This document shows, one piece after another, positions 28,778 through 39,439 of a stretch of 64,000 nt of DNA. A program made the translations under genes and the position numbers. The notes beneath the pieces are model-generated. The model was given only the letters and a program-made list of their open reading frames with translations, was not told the origin of the DNA and made no database searches. The stretch's first letter is position 1. Each line of letters opens with the position of its first letter. This DNA comes from Bacteriovoracia bacterium (GTDB lineage Bacteria > Bdellovibrionota > UBA1018 > JBFWNL01): assembly GCA_050251055.1 (NCBI GenBank), contig JBFWNL010000004.1, positions 96,001-160,000 of the forward strand. Direction: 5' to 3'.

Positions 28778-30574
28778 GTGCCCAAGAATATCCGCAATTT
28801 CTGCATCATCGCCCACATCGATCACGGAAAATCCACGCTCGCCGACCGTTTGCTGGAGCGCACCGGGACCGTGACCGCGCGCGAGATGGAATCGCAGTAT
28901 CTCGACAACATGGATATCGAGCGCGAGCGCGGCATCACCATCAAGGCGCAAAGCGTGCGCCTGAAGTACCGCGCGAAAGACGGGCAAACCTACATCCTGA
29001 ATCTGATCGACACGCCCGGGCACGTCGACTTCACGTACGAAGTCTCGCGCTCGCTCGCCGCCTGCGAAGGCGCGATCCTGGTCGTCGACGCTTCCCAAGG
29101 CGTGGAAGCGCAGACGCTGGCCAACGTCTTCATGGCGCTTGAGAGCAATCTCGAGATCGTGCCCGTGATCAACAAGATCGACTTGCCTTCCGCGGATCCT
29201 GACAAAGCGATCAAGGAAATCGACGACGTGATCGGGCTCGTCGACACCACGCGCTCGGTGCTCGCCAGCGCGAAGTCCGGCATCGGTATCGAAGAGGTCC
29301 TGGAAGCGGTCGTGAAGTACGTGCCGCCCCCGGTGGATCAAGACGACGCATCCTTGCGCGCGCTCATCTTCGACAGCTGGTTCGATCCGTACCAGGGAGT
29401 GATGGCGCTTTGCCGCGTGGTGGACGGCGAACTAAAACCCGGCAAGAAGATCAAGCTCTTCCATATCGGCGCGCAGTTCGAAATACAGAAGGTCGCCGTA
29501 TTCTCGCCGAAGATCACCTACGTCGATTCACTTAAAAGCGGGGAAGTGGGCGCGGTCATCTGCGGCATCAAGGACGTGCGCCAGATGCGCGTGGGCGACA
29601 CGATCGTCGACGCCACCGACCCGAACGCCAAACCGCTTTCCGGCTTCAAGGAAGCCAAGCCCATGGTGTTTTGCGGCGTCTACCCGATCAACCAAGAAGA
29701 CTTCAACAACGTCAAGGAGTCGCTGGAAAAACTGCAGCTCAACGATTCCGCGCTGACGTTCGAGCCGGAAACCTCGAACGCCCTAGGCTTCGGCTTCCGC
29801 TGCGGATTCCTGGGCCTCCTGCACATGGACGTCGTGCAAGAGCGCCTGGAGCGCGAGTACGGTTTGCACCTGATCACCACCGCGCCGTCCGTGATTTACC
29901 GGGTCACCAAGACGAACGGCGAAGTGATCATGATCGACAACCCCGCCAAGATGCCCGATCCCGGCCTGATCCAGTCGATGGAAGAGCCTTACATCAAGCT
30001 GACTGTGCACCTGCCGAACGAATACATGGGTGCCGTGATGGCGCTATTGAACGACCGGCGCGGCGTGCAGCAGAAAATCGATTACGTGACGAGCGAGCGC
30101 GTGACCGTGATCTACGACATGCCTTTGAACGAAATGGTTTTTGATTTCTTCGACCGCCTCAAGAGCATCACGCGTGGGTACGCATCCATGGATTACGAGT
30201 TCACCGAGCACCGCGCGGCCGACCTCGTGAAGCTCGACATCCTGCTGAATGGCGAGCAGGTCGACGCGCTTTCCATCATCATCCACCGAGAAAAAGCCGC
30301 GTTCCGCGGACGCGAGCTCGTGAAAAAACTGAAAGAGCTCATCGACCGCCAAATGTTCGAAGTGGCGATCCAGGCCGCCATTGGCGCCAAAGTGGTCGCC
30401 CGCGAGACCCTTTCGGCCATGCGCAAGAACGTCACAGCGAAGTGCTACGGCGGCGACATCACCCGTAAGCGCAAGCTGCTCGAGAAGCAAAAAGAAGGCA
30501 AAAAGCGCATGAAGCAGATCGGCTCCGTAGAAGTCCCGCAGGAAGCCTTTCTGGCCGTGCTCAAAGTGGATTAG
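28778..30574 (+). CDS. lepA: Elongation factor 4 (LepA)
   Basis: [60 protein letters not shown]; GTG 28778 with GAGGT SD. Confidence 0.98.
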   Translation: MPKNIRNFCIIAHIDHGKSTLADRLLERTGTVTAREMESQYLDNMDIERERGITIKAQSVRLKYRAKDGQTYILNLIDTPGHVDFTYEVSRSLAACEGAILVVDASQGVEAQTLANVFMALESNLEIVPVINKIDLPSADPDKAIKEIDDVIGLVDTTRSVLASAKSGIGIEEVLEAVVKYVPPPVDQDDASLRALIFDSWFDPYQGVMALCRVVDGELKPGKKIKLFHIGAQFEIQKVAVFSPKITYVDSLKSGEVGAVICGIKDVRQMRVGDTIVDATDPNAKPLSGFKEAKPMVFCGVYPINQEDFNNVKESLEKLQLNDSALTFEPETSNALGFGFRCGFLGLLHMDVVQERLEREYGLHLITTAPSVIYRVTKTNGEVIMIDNPAKMPDPGLIQSMEEPYIKLTVHLPNEYMGAVMALLNDRRGVQQKIDYVTSERVTVIYDMPLNEMVFDFFDRLKSITRGYASMDYEFTEHRAADLVKLDILLNGEQVDALSIIIHREKAAFRGRELVKKLKELIDRQMFEVAIQAAIGAKVVARETLSAMRKNVTAKCYGGDITRKRKLLEKQKEGKKRMKQIGSVEVPQEAFLAVLKVD

Positions 30575-30592
30575 CGCGGTGGAAGTACGCGA

Positions 30593-31204
30593 ATGAAGGA
30601 ACTAAAGGTTTACGGCATCACGGCGGTTTGCGCGATCCTGGCCGCCTTCCTCATCCGGATCTTTCTGGTCGAAGCGTATCGTATCCCCACCGCGGCGATG
30701 AAGCCCACGCTGATCCCCGGCGACGTCATCTTCGTGGCGAAGTGGCCGTTCGGGGTGTTTTCACGCCCGCCGCGCTTAGGGGAAGTCGTGCTTTACACGC
30801 TTCCCGACGAGCCCGACCGCCATTACCTCAAACGCGTCGTCGCTCTGGGCGGCGCCCAGGTTTGGCTGCGTGGGGGGCATCTCACCGTGGACGGCCACAC
30901 GCTTGAGCTCAAAGCCGAATCCGGCTCACCCTGCGGGCATGAGGTCCTCGGCACCGTGAATTATCCCGTTTGCGTGGAAAGCCCGGTCTTGGAGGACGCC
31001 GGTCCCATCGACGTGCCGAGAGATTCTGTTTTCGTGATCGGCGATTTCCGGCAAAAGTCGGAAACCACCCGCGCCTGGAGCGTCGTGCCCACGCGGCTAC
31101 TCTCGGCGAAGGCGATCGGCATCTGGCTTTCCGTCGACCCGACCCATCCGGGATGGTGGCCAGCTTTCCGCTGGCAGAGATTCCTGAACTCGATTCGACC
31201 CTAA
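30593..31204 (+). CDS. lepB: Signal peptidase I-like protein (S26) lacking the catalytic Ser
   Basis: TM plus AYRIPTAAMKPTL (box B), YLKRVV (box D), degenerate GDFR box E; follows lepA. Confidence 0.8.
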   Translation: MKELKVYGITAVCAILAAFLIRIFLVEAYRIPTAAMKPTLIPGDVIFVAKWPFGVFSRPPRLGEVVLYTLPDEPDRHYLKRVVALGGAQVWLRGGHLTVDGHTLELKAESGSPCGHEVLGTVNYPVCVESPVLEDAGPIDVPRDSVFVIGDFRQKSETTRAWSVVPTRLLSAKAIGIWLSVDPTHPGWWPAFRWQRFLNSIRP

Positions 31205-31211
31205 TCGAACG

Positions 31212-31946
31212 ATGAAACATCGCCATCCGCCGAAGAACCTCACGCATCTGCTCTTTGATCTCGACGGGACCATCCTGGGAGCGTGGGATTTCCCGCTACA
31301 GATTCGTTTCATTCAAAAAGCCTTGAAAGCCATGAAGCAACGCTCGGGCTTACGCAAGGGGCTCGAAGCGTTGATTAAAGTGAAGCTCGAGCTCGAGAAC
31401 CCCAGCTTCGAGGGCCACAATCTCATGCGCTCGCATACCGTGACTTCGAAGGTGCTGGGCGTGAGCGTGGAAGAGGCCGAAAAGATCATGAGCGAGACGA
31501 TCGGCGGGCTATTCCCGACGCTCGAGCGCTTTTTCTTCCCCATCAAGGGTGCCCAGGCATTTCTCGCGGCCGTGCGGGAGCGCTACACGTTGATCTTGGC
31601 GACGAACCCCGTCTGGGAGCCCTCCATCATCGAGCTGCGCGTAAAGTGGGCGGGGATCGACCCCACGATTTTCAAATCCATCACCGACGGCACCAAAATG
31701 AACGTCGTGAAGCCGAGTCCCAAGTACTACGAAAAAATCCTGAAGGACGAGGGGATCCAAGCCAACCAGTGCATGCTCATCGGCAATGACCTACGCAACG
31801 ATCTCTCGGCCGTGAGCGTGGGCATTCCCGTGTTCATCATCTCCAAGCGCAAGCAGTTGCGTGAAATTACGCCGGATGGCTCGAAAGTCCCGGCCTGGAC
31901 CGGTAACTACGCCGTGCTGACCGAATTTCTGGGGGTCGGCCGCTAA
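31212..31946 (+). CDS. HAD-superfamily hydrolase
   Basis: LFDLDGT, LATNP, KP.PKYY, IGNDLRND motifs. Confidence 0.88.
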   Translation: MKHRHPPKNLTHLLFDLDGTILGAWDFPLQIRFIQKALKAMKQRSGLRKGLEALIKVKLELENPSFEGHNLMRSHTVTSKVLGVSVEEAEKIMSETIGGLFPTLERFFFPIKGAQAFLAAVRERYTLILATNPVWEPSIIELRVKWAGIDPTIFKSITDGTKMNVVKPSPKYYEKILKDEGIQANQCMLIGNDLRNDLSAVSVGIPVFIISKRKQLREITPDGSKVPAWTGNYAVLTEFLGVGR

Positions 31947-31956
31947 TTTTTTTGGC

Positions 31957-32379
31957 TCAGAAACGCGAGCCGTCTGAGAAATAGCGACGATCACCGGTCG
32001 ACGCGTTCTTTTCGAAGGTAGAGGTGTACCTCGTGAGCTTTCCGGAAGAACGAAACATCCAAAATACGCCGTCATGGAAGACCCAGTTCATTGAAATGTA
32101 TCCCGTCGCTTCTTCTTTTTTACCGTTCCACAACGTGGCGACGAATGGGGCGTGAGAGTTAAAATCGGCGACCTTCGCAACCGCCTGGGCGTAACAGTCC
32201 TCCCAGGTGTCTACTTCGTACTTCCACTTCCCGTCCCGAGCGGGAATCTCGGCGTAGATCGACATGTCGGTCGTGAAAATCACCGCCGTCAGCTGGAGGC
32301 GACAAAGCTCCCCGGCCTGGGCAGCAGCAGCCGAGACAAAGGCAGATAAAACGATTAAAATCATATATTTAAATTTCAT
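31957..32379 (-). CDS. Small secreted hypothetical protein
   Basis: Signal peptide (AQA), two Cys, 140 aa; AT-rich upstream region. Confidence 0.7.
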   Translation of the reverse strand: MKFKYMILIVLSAFVSAAAAQAGELCRLQLTAVIFTTDMSIYAEIPARDGKWKYEVDTWEDCYAQAVAKVADFNSHAPFVATLWNGKKEEATGYISMNWVFHDGVFWMFRSSGKLTRYTSTFEKNASTGDRRYFSDGSRF

Positions 32380-32388
32380 AAGGCGGAG

Positions 32389-32417
32389 GTTATATTAAAG
32401 TAGATTAAATAAGTCAA
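32389..32417 (-). promoter_or_regulatory. Sigma70-like promoter TTGACT-N17-TATAAC
   Basis: Minus strand, ending 9 nt before the ATG at 32379; no SD. Confidence 0.5.
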
Positions 32418-32520
32418 CATAAATATGATGCAATACGTTAAAGCTACGCACATTAGCATTGAACAATGCCCTTCCTATGTGAATGCGGTAGGGTATTCCC
32501 AGTTTTATTTAAGGTAAGCC

Positions 32521-33483
32521 ATGCAAACGCCATCGGTCCCCAGACTTGAAAATCTCCTGGGCGCGGAACACCTCTCGCCCACCGACATCCGTTTTCTTTT
32601 CGATACCGCCAAGGCCTTCGCCCCGATCGTCGCCAAAGATGAAACTCTTCCGCTCCTGAAGGGCCTGACGGTCGTGCATCTTTTCTTCGAAGCCTCGACG
32701 CGCACGTTGGTTTCCTTCGACCTGGCCGCGCGCAAACTAGGTGCAACGACCGTGAATTTTTCCAGCGCCAGCTCGAGCGTAAAGAAGGGCGAAACCCTGC
32801 TCGACACCGCGAAGAACATCCAAGCGATGCGCCCGCACTGCATCGTCGTCCGCCACGAATGCGCGGGCAGCCCGCACATCTTGGCCAAGCACCTGAAGCT
32901 CCCCATCATCAACGCGGGTGACGGCTTCCACGAACACCCCACGCAAGGGCTGCTGGACGCTTTCACAATCGAGGAAAAAGTCGGCTCGGTCGCGGGAAAG
33001 ACCATCGTCATTATCGGCGACATCGCGCATAGCCGGGTCGCTCGCTCCAACATCCACGTCTTGAAAAAGCTCGGCGCGAAGGTCACCGTCTGCTCACCCC
33101 CCTCGCTCATGCCGCCCGCGCCCGAAGCCCTGGGCGTGCAAACCGCCTTTCGGCTGGAAGAGGCGCTTCCCGAGGCCGACGTCGTCATGGCGCTGCGGAT
33201 TCAGCTCGAACGTCAGAACAAAATGCAAATCCCGACCTTGGGCGAATACTCCCGCTTCTGGGGAATCAACGACGAGCGCGCGAAATTACTCAAGAAAAAT
33301 TGCATCATCCTGCATCCAGGGCCCATCAATCGCGGTGTGGAGCTGACTCCGGACGTGGCGGACGGCCCGCAATCGGTAATTCTGGATCAGGTCGCCAACG
33401 GGATCCTAATCCGCATGGCCGTGCTCGCCACCGTTTGCCGCCCGAAAGAACTGGGTGAATGGCGGAAAGGGGCGACCCCGTGA
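32521..33483 (+). CDS. pyrB: Aspartate carbamoyltransferase catalytic subunit
   Basis: FFEASTRT, SSVKKGETL, NAGDG.HEHPTQ, LHPGPINRGVE. Confidence 0.97.
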   Translation: MQTPSVPRLENLLGAEHLSPTDIRFLFDTAKAFAPIVAKDETLPLLKGLTVVHLFFEASTRTLVSFDLAARKLGATTVNFSSASSSVKKGETLLDTAKNIQAMRPHCIVVRHECAGSPHILAKHLKLPIINAGDGFHEHPTQGLLDAFTIEEKVGSVAGKTIVIIGDIAHSRVARSNIHVLKKLGAKVTVCSPPSLMPPAPEALGVQTAFRLEEALPEADVVMALRIQLERQNKMQIPTLGEYSRFWGINDERAKLLKKNCIILHPGPINRGVELTPDVADGPQSVILDQVANGILIRMAVLATVCRPKELGEWRKGATP

Positions 33484-34805
33484 ATACGACGTCGAGCGAA
33501 CCGACCTCAATTCTCATTCGCGAAGGCCGCATCGTCGATCCGTCTTCGCAAAAAGACGGCGCCGGCGACCTGCTCATCGAAAACGGCAAGGTCACCGCGG
33601 TGGATGGCCCAGGAAAAATTCCCGTGGCGCGGGCGCAACACGTCATTGAAGCCAAAGATCTTTGGGTCTTTCCGGGCCTGATCGACGTGCACGTGCACCT
33701 GCGCGAGCCCGGCCAAGAATACAAAGAAGATATCCGCAGCGGCACGTTCGCGGCCGTCGCGGGCGGTTTTACCAGCGTCGCGTGCATGGCCAACACCGTG
33801 CCCGTGAACGACTCTCCGCAGATCACGGCGTTCATCCGCGAACGCGCGCGCTCGGGCGCCGCCTGCCGCGTGTTTCCGATCGGGGCCCTCTCCAAAGGCT
33901 TGAAAGGCGAGGAGCTAGCGGAAATCGGCGGCATGGTCAGTGAAGGCGCGGTCGCCATTAGCGACGACGGCATGCCGGTCATGAATTCCTACCTCATGCG
34001 CAAGGCGATGGATTACGCCTGCGCTTTCGGCGTGCGCATCATTAGCCACGCGGAAGACTGCCACCTCGTCGGCCAAGGCGTCATGAATGAAGGCGCGCGC
34101 TCGACCACCCTGGGCCTGCGCGGAAACCCGGCAGCGGCGGAAGAAATTCTGGTCGCGCGCGAAATTTCTCTCTCGCGCCTCACGGGCTGCCCCGTTCACA
34201 TCGCCCATATCTCCACGCGCCTAGGCCTGGAGCACGTACGCCGGGCCAAGGAAGAGGGGCTGCTCGTCACCGCGGAAGTTTCTCCGCACCACCTCACGCT
34301 GACCGACGACGCCGTGGCCACCTACGACACTCACTACAAGATGGCCCCACCTCTGCGGACGGCCGAGGACGTCGAAGCCCTTCGCCAAGCTGTGGCTCAG
34401 GGCGTTATCGATGTCATCGCTACCGACCACGCTCCTCACGGAACGGTAGATAAGTTGACTGAATTCGATGTCGCCGCCAACGGCATCATCGGTTTGGAGA
34501 CCGCGGTATCCGTCACCCTGAAACTTGTGCTAGAAGGGAAGCTACCCCTCGGCCGATGGGTGGAATCCTTCACGCGCGCTCCCGCAAAGTTGATAGGCCA
34601 GGACCTAGGCACGCTGCGGGTAGGGGCGGAAGCGGACGTGACGATCATCGATCCCAAGGCCAAGTGGGTCCTGAGCGAGAACGAAATTTTTTCGAAGAGC
34701 AAAAACTCTCCCTTCCTGGGTTGGGAGTTCACGACGCGAGTCCACACGACGATCGTCGGAGGGAAAGTCCGGTATGAAGTCAAACGAGGGCGTCCTCGTC
34801 ATTGA
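33480..34805 (+). CDS. pyrC: Dihydroorotase (type I)
   Basis: DVHVHLREPG, MANT.P, EVSPHHL, ATDHAPH; GTG overlaps pyrB TGA. Confidence 0.95.
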   Translation: MNTTSSEPTSILIREGRIVDPSSQKDGAGDLLIENGKVTAVDGPGKIPVARAQHVIEAKDLWVFPGLIDVHVHLREPGQEYKEDIRSGTFAAVAGGFTSVACMANTVPVNDSPQITAFIRERARSGAACRVFPIGALSKGLKGEELAEIGGMVSEGAVAISDDGMPVMNSYLMRKAMDYACAFGVRIISHAEDCHLVGQGVMNEGARSTTLGLRGNPAAAEEILVAREISLSRLTGCPVHIAHISTRLGLEHVRRAKEEGLLVTAEVSPHHLTLTDDAVATYDTHYKMAPPLRTAEDVEALRQAVAQGVIDVIATDHAPHGTVDKLTEFDVAANGIIGLETAVSVTLKLVLEGKLPLGRWVESFTRAPAKLIGQDLGTLRVGAEADVTIIDPKAKWVLSENEIFSKSKNSPFLGWEFTTRVHTTIVGGKVRYEVKRGRPRH

Positions 34806-35946
34806 GTTGCCAAATGGGGAAACCCGATCGTTCCCCGGAACGCTTTTCGGCGCGTCCGTGTTTGCTACCGCTCCGAACCGGACCGATCGCGGCTACGGCG
34901 AAGTGGTCTTCAACACGTCGATGACCGGCTACCAGGAAATCCTCACCGACCCTTCGTATTACGGACAGATGGTTTGCATGACCTATCCGCACATCGGCAA
35001 CACCGGTATCAACCGTGAAGACGCCGAAAGCGGCAAGCCCTGGTGCGCGGGCTTCATCGTGCACGAGATGTGCGACACGGCGTCGAACTGGCGCGCCGAA
35101 GGCGAACTGAACGATTACCTGATAAAGCACCAGATCCCCGGCCTGCAAGGCGTGGACACGCGCGCCCTGACTTTAGTCCTGCGTAAGCTCGGCGTCACTC
35201 GTGGCGTGATCCTGCCGAAGGCAGATGAATCGCGGGCGAAGACTTTATTGAAAGAGCTGCCCGCGTTCGAAGGCCGCGACATGATCCGCGAAGTGTCGAC
35301 GACGAAGCCTTACGCGTGGCCGACGCCCGAAGCAGGGGAAGCGGCTCCCGCAGGCGCCACCGCCGCGAAGTCCCCGGCGAAATACAAAGTCGTGGCCATG
35401 GACTTCGGCGTGAAGTGGAATTTGCTGCGCAGCTTGGAAGCTCGCGGTTGCCAGGTCCAGGTCGTACCCGCCACCACCGCCGCGGAATCGATTCTCGCCT
35501 ATAAACCCGACGGGGTTTTTCTCTCGAACGGCCCCGGCGATCCTTCGGCCGCGCCCTACGCGGTGAAGGCCATCCAGGGATTGATCGGCCAGGTACCCAT
35601 TTTCGGTGTCTGCATGGGTCACCAGCTGCTTTCGCTTGCCATTGGCGCGAAAACCTACAAATTGAAATTCGGCCATCGCGGCGGAAACCAACCCGTGCAA
35701 GATCACACTACCGGCAAGGTGGAAATCAGCTCGCATAACCACGGTTACGCGGTCGACGCGGCGACCGTGCCAGCCTCCGCCGAGATCACGCACCTCAACC
35801 TAAACGATAAGACCGTGGAAGGTTTGCGCCTGAAGAACGCGCCCGCCTTCTCCGTGCAGTACCATCCGGAAGCCTGCCCTGGCCCACACGATTCCGAAGG
35901 CTTGTTCGATCGATTTATCGACCTCATGGGAGAGTTCCGCCGGTGA
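34774..35946 (+). CDS. carA: Carbamoyl-phosphate synthase small chain
   Basis: GEVVFNTSMTGYQEILTDPSY, LSNGPGDP, GVCMGHQ, QYHPEACPGPHD. Confidence 0.97.
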   Translation: MKSNEGVLVIELPNGETRSFPGTLFGASVFATAPNRTDRGYGEVVFNTSMTGYQEILTDPSYYGQMVCMTYPHIGNTGINREDAESGKPWCAGFIVHEMCDTASNWRAEGELNDYLIKHQIPGLQGVDTRALTLVLRKLGVTRGVILPKADESRAKTLLKELPAFEGRDMIREVSTTKPYAWPTPEAGEAAPAGATAAKSPAKYKVVAMDFGVKWNLLRSLEARGCQVQVVPATTAAESILAYKPDGVFLSNGPGDPSAAPYAVKAIQGLIGQVPIFGVCMGHQLLSLAIGAKTYKLKFGHRGGNQPVQDHTTGKVEISSHNHGYAVDAATVPASAEITHLNLNDKTVEGLRLKNAPAFSVQYHPEACPGPHDSEGLFDRFIDLMGEFRR

Positions 35947-36587
35947 GCCACCAAAAATATCTCGACCCCATTATCGAGGAGTTCTCGACCGGGAATTATT
36001 ACCGCGAAGTTTACCTCGCCAAGGAGGAGTACTTCGATAAGACGGGGATCATTTACGAGGATGACGGCGAGTTCGAGCAGCGCATGTGCATCTTCATGGA
36101 CTGGTACCTGTTCGACCGTGACCTGCCCGGCGTGGATCTGCCGCCCGTGAAGTATTACTTCCGTAAGCACAAAAACGACTTCGCCACCGAGGAGCTAGGA
36201 ATCTACAAAGACCTCTGCGGCACGATCCATTCGATCTTCCGCTTGAAGCGCTTTTCCTTTTTCGGCAAGGGTTTGGTCGTGACCGATCTCTTCTCCGGCA
36301 AGTCCTACAAGGTGAACGACCCCGAGATGAAGCGCGGGTTTTCCCGGGGGGATCTCTTCGAGGCGCGCCTGATCCCGTTCCAAGGCACGCTCAACTTCTC
36401 CAAGGGTTTCTGTTTTCACCCGACCGAGATGGAGTCGTTCATTCTATCCGAGATCAAGAAAGTGCGCTTCCAAGATAAGTCGCGCCAAACCAAGCTCATC
36501 ATGCAATTGGCCGCGATGAAGCTGAAGCATCAACGCTTTCAGCACATCGACGTTCGGCACATCTACACCTTTTCATCCCGGTTTTAG
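35943..36587 (+). CDS. Conserved-looking hypothetical protein
   Basis: 214 aa, GTGA-coupled to carA, coding-like codon usage; FMDWYLFDR and GDLFEARLIP motifs. Confidence 0.75.
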   Translation: MSHQKYLDPIIEEFSTGNYYREVYLAKEEYFDKTGIIYEDDGEFEQRMCIFMDWYLFDRDLPGVDLPPVKYYFRKHKNDFATEELGIYKDLCGTIHSIFRLKRFSFFGKGLVVTDLFSGKSYKVNDPEMKRGFSRGDLFEARLIPFQGTLNFSKGFCFHPTEMESFILSEIKKVRFQDKSRQTKLIMQLAAMKLKHQRFQHIDVRHIYTFSSRF

Positions 36588-36608
36588 GCGGACGGCGAGG
36601 ACATTGGC

Positions 36609-37679
36609 ATGATCCCAAAAAAAATCCTCGCCGTTAAGTTTCGATCCATGGGGGATACCGTGCTGCTCACCGCCTCGCTCAGCGAGCTTCGGCGTGCCTA
36701 TCCCGACGCCGAGATCCACGTTGCCGTCACGTCCGACTGGGCCGATCTGATCAAGGGCCATCCGGCGGTCGACAAGATCTGGCCCTACGAGCGCCGCAAG
36801 GAAAAGACCGCGCGCGCCAAGACCGTCGCGAGCCTGGGTTTGAAGCTGCACCGCGAGCACTATGATTGGGTGGTGAACTTCCACGCCAGTCCCTCAAGCG
36901 CGCTACTTGCGTTCGCCACCGGCGCCAAGACCCGCTCCATCCACTTCCACGGCCACAAGGACGCCAACCGCTATTCAACGGTAACCGTGCCAGGCAAAGG
37001 TATCGTGAAGCCCAATATCGAGCGCGATCTCGACACCTTGCGCGCGCTCGGCATGGACGTACCCGAAGGCATCTTGCCCAAGATTTGGCTGACGGACGAA
37101 GAACTCCAGAAGGGGCGCGATTTCCTCGCCGAGCGCGGGATCACGGGCCCGTTAATGACTGTGTCGCTCGGCGCAAGCCGTCCCACCAAACGGTGGAACA
37201 CGCCCAACTTCGCCCGCGTCGCGCTGAAGTGGTGCAGCCTGAAGGGCGGATCCGCGCTCGTATTCGCGGGACCCCAGGAAGAGGAACTCACCCGAGAGTT
37301 TTTCAAGCAGATCGACACGAGCGTAATCAAGCAGATCCACCTGCTGGAGCCACGCGAGCTACGTGAGTTCGCCGCCATCGTCGCCCAAAGCTCGATCTTC
37401 GTCGGCAACGATTCGGGCCCTAAGCATGTCGCGGTCGCCCTGGGCGTGCCCACCGTGACCGTCATCGGCCCCGAGCACCCCTTTGAGTGGCACCCGTATT
37501 CACGGGCCGCGCATCCGTATCTCTACGTCGAGAACTTGCCTTGCCGGCGCGACGCGCTCCCCGGCCGCCCGCCCTGGTGCGCGCTCCAGCAATGCACGAT
37601 CGAAGGCCACCGCTGCATGAAGCTGATCTCGGTCGACGCCGTGTTTAATGAATGCCTGAAGGTGGCCCGCCTGGGATAG
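36609..37679 (+). CDS. Glycosyltransferase family 9 (LPS heptosyltransferase-like)
   Basis: MGDTVL, GASRPTKRW, FVGNDSGPKHVAVALG. Confidence 0.9.
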   Translation: MIPKKILAVKFRSMGDTVLLTASLSELRRAYPDAEIHVAVTSDWADLIKGHPAVDKIWPYERRKEKTARAKTVASLGLKLHREHYDWVVNFHASPSSALLAFATGAKTRSIHFHGHKDANRYSTVTVPGKGIVKPNIERDLDTLRALGMDVPEGILPKIWLTDEELQKGRDFLAERGITGPLMTVSLGASRPTKRWNTPNFARVALKWCSLKGGSALVFAGPQEEELTREFFKQIDTSVIKQIHLLEPRELREFAAIVAQSSIFVGNDSGPKHVAVALGVPTVTVIGPEHPFEWHPYSRAAHPYLYVENLPCRRDALPGRPPWCALQQCTIEGHRCMKLISVDAVFNECLKVARLG

Positions 37680-37694
37680 GCGCGCGAAACGGCC

Positions 37695-38600
37695 ATGACG
37701 GTATCCGGATTTACCCTCGTTAGAAACGGCACCCAGTTCGATTACCCTTACCGGGAATCCATTCGCTCGCTCCTGCCCCTCGTCGATGAACTCGTAATCA
37801 ACGTCGGCCGAGGCAGCGATGACACCTTGGCGCAGGTCCGCGCGCTAGCGGCAACCGAACCAAAAATCGTGCTCTTTGAATCCGATTGGCAGCTCGAGAA
37901 CGAAGCCAAGAAACGCGGTGGGTTCATTCTCTCGGAGCAAACCAATCTCGCGCTGGAGCGTTGCACGGGGGACTGGTGCGTTTACCTGCAGGCCGACGAA
38001 GTGCTGCATGAGGCGGATTACCCCGCGATCCGCCAGGCGCTGGCGGAGGCCCAAAACCGACCCGATATCGAAGGTCTGCTTTTTAACTATCACCACTTTT
38101 ACGGGTCATACGACGTGGTTCAGCGCACTCGCAGCGCTTACCGCCGTGAAGTGCGCGTGATTCGCCGGGCGAGCGGGGCCCGCAGCGTAGGCGACGCGCA
38201 AAGCTTTCGAAAACCGGCGGGAGAAAAACTGCGCGTCGTCCGGGTGAACGCCGCAATTTACCACTACGGGTGGGTGCGCACCCCCGAAGCCATGCGCGAA
38301 AAAACTTTTTTCATGGATCAGCTGTATCACGGCACCGCCACCGAAGCCGCGCAGGCCGCAGGCGTGCCCCATACGGGGCAAAACTACCGTTACAAGCGAT
38401 TCTGGGGCCTCCACCGGTTCCGCGGCTCGCATCCCTCGGCAATGCACGAGCGAATCGCCAAAAAGGGCTGGCATTGGGATTTAAAAGCGTCTCCGCTGAT
38501 GTGGGAAGCGAAGGACTTGAAAAAAATCGCTTCAGATCTCGTGGAAAATCTGACAGGATGGCGCCCGTTCGAATACCGGAGTTATAAGATCACCAAGTAG
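37695..38600 (+). CDS. Glycosyltransferase family 2
   Basis: SGFTLVRNG, S.DDT, YLQADEV, IYHYGWVR. Confidence 0.85.
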   Translation: MTVSGFTLVRNGTQFDYPYRESIRSLLPLVDELVINVGRGSDDTLAQVRALAATEPKIVLFESDWQLENEAKKRGGFILSEQTNLALERCTGDWCVYLQADEVLHEADYPAIRQALAEAQNRPDIEGLLFNYHHFYGSYDVVQRTRSAYRREVRVIRRASGARSVGDAQSFRKPAGEKLRVVRVNAAIYHYGWVRTPEAMREKTFFMDQLYHGTATEAAQAAGVPHTGQNYRYKRFWGLHRFRGSHPSAMHERIAKKGWHWDLKASPLMWEAKDLKKIASDLVENLTGWRPFEYRSYKITK

Positions 38601-38602
38601 AA

Positions 38603-39439
38603 GTGAAAATGACCGCTCCCGTCGCTTCCCTCATCATCTCGACCTACAACTTACCCAAGCACCTAGAGCTGGTGTGCGCGGCGGTACTGCGCCAGAGCTT
38701 CCGCGATTTCGAAGTCGTGATCTGTGACGACGGATCCGGGCGGGACACGCGCGAAGTGATCGATGTCTTCCGGGCCCGCAGCCAGATGCCGGTGTTCCAC
38801 GTCTGGCAGGAAAACAAGGGCTTCCGCAAATGCAAGATCTTGAACGAGGGGCTACGCAAGACTTCGGGCCAGACCTTGATATTCCTCGACGGTGACTGCG
38901 TGCCCCACCGGGACTTCGTGAAGGACCACGTGCAGAACCAGGAACCCGGCCGCTACCTCGCGGGTCGGCGCATGGAACTCGGTAAAAAACTCAGCGAATC
39001 GCTTACCCCCGCGGACATCCGCGAGGGATTCTTCGATCGCCCCCGGGGCCGGCTCGTCATGAGCGCGCTCTTTGGCGATACGACCCACTTGCAGCGTAGC
39101 CTACGCGTCAGCCTGCCCTGGTTAAGGAAAAAAATGCGGATGCAGCAGGTGGACGATTTAAAGGGCTGTAACTATTCCGTCAATCGCCTCGATCTCATCT
39201 CCATCAACGGGTTCGACGAAAAGTATGAAGGCTATGGACGCGAGGACACCGATATCGAGATCCGGCTGCAGAATTACGGATTGAAAATCAAATCGCTAAA
39301 AGGCCTGGCGCTGCAGTTTCACGTCTGGCATCCACGCCGAGAATTCACCGTGGTCAACGATCAGCGGCTGGAAGACGTCAAGCGCACCAAGCGCGTCCGC
39401 TGCGAAAATGGACTAATTCAGGATCGGCCGATTCCGTAA
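38603..39439 (+). CDS. Glycosyltransferase family 2 with GT7C-like C-terminus
   Basis: SLIISTYN, DDGS, FLDGDC, NGFDEKYEGYGREDTD. Confidence 0.88.
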   Translation: MKMTAPVASLIISTYNLPKHLELVCAAVLRQSFRDFEVVICDDGSGRDTREVIDVFRARSQMPVFHVWQENKGFRKCKILNEGLRKTSGQTLIFLDGDCVPHRDFVKDHVQNQEPGRYLAGRRMELGKKLSESLTPADIREGFFDRPRGRLVMSALFGDTTHLQRSLRVSLPWLRKKMRMQQVDDLKGCNYSVNRLDLISINGFDEKYEGYGREDTDIEIRLQNYGLKIKSLKGLALQFHVWHPRREFTVVNDQRLEDVKRTKRVRCENGLIQDRPIP

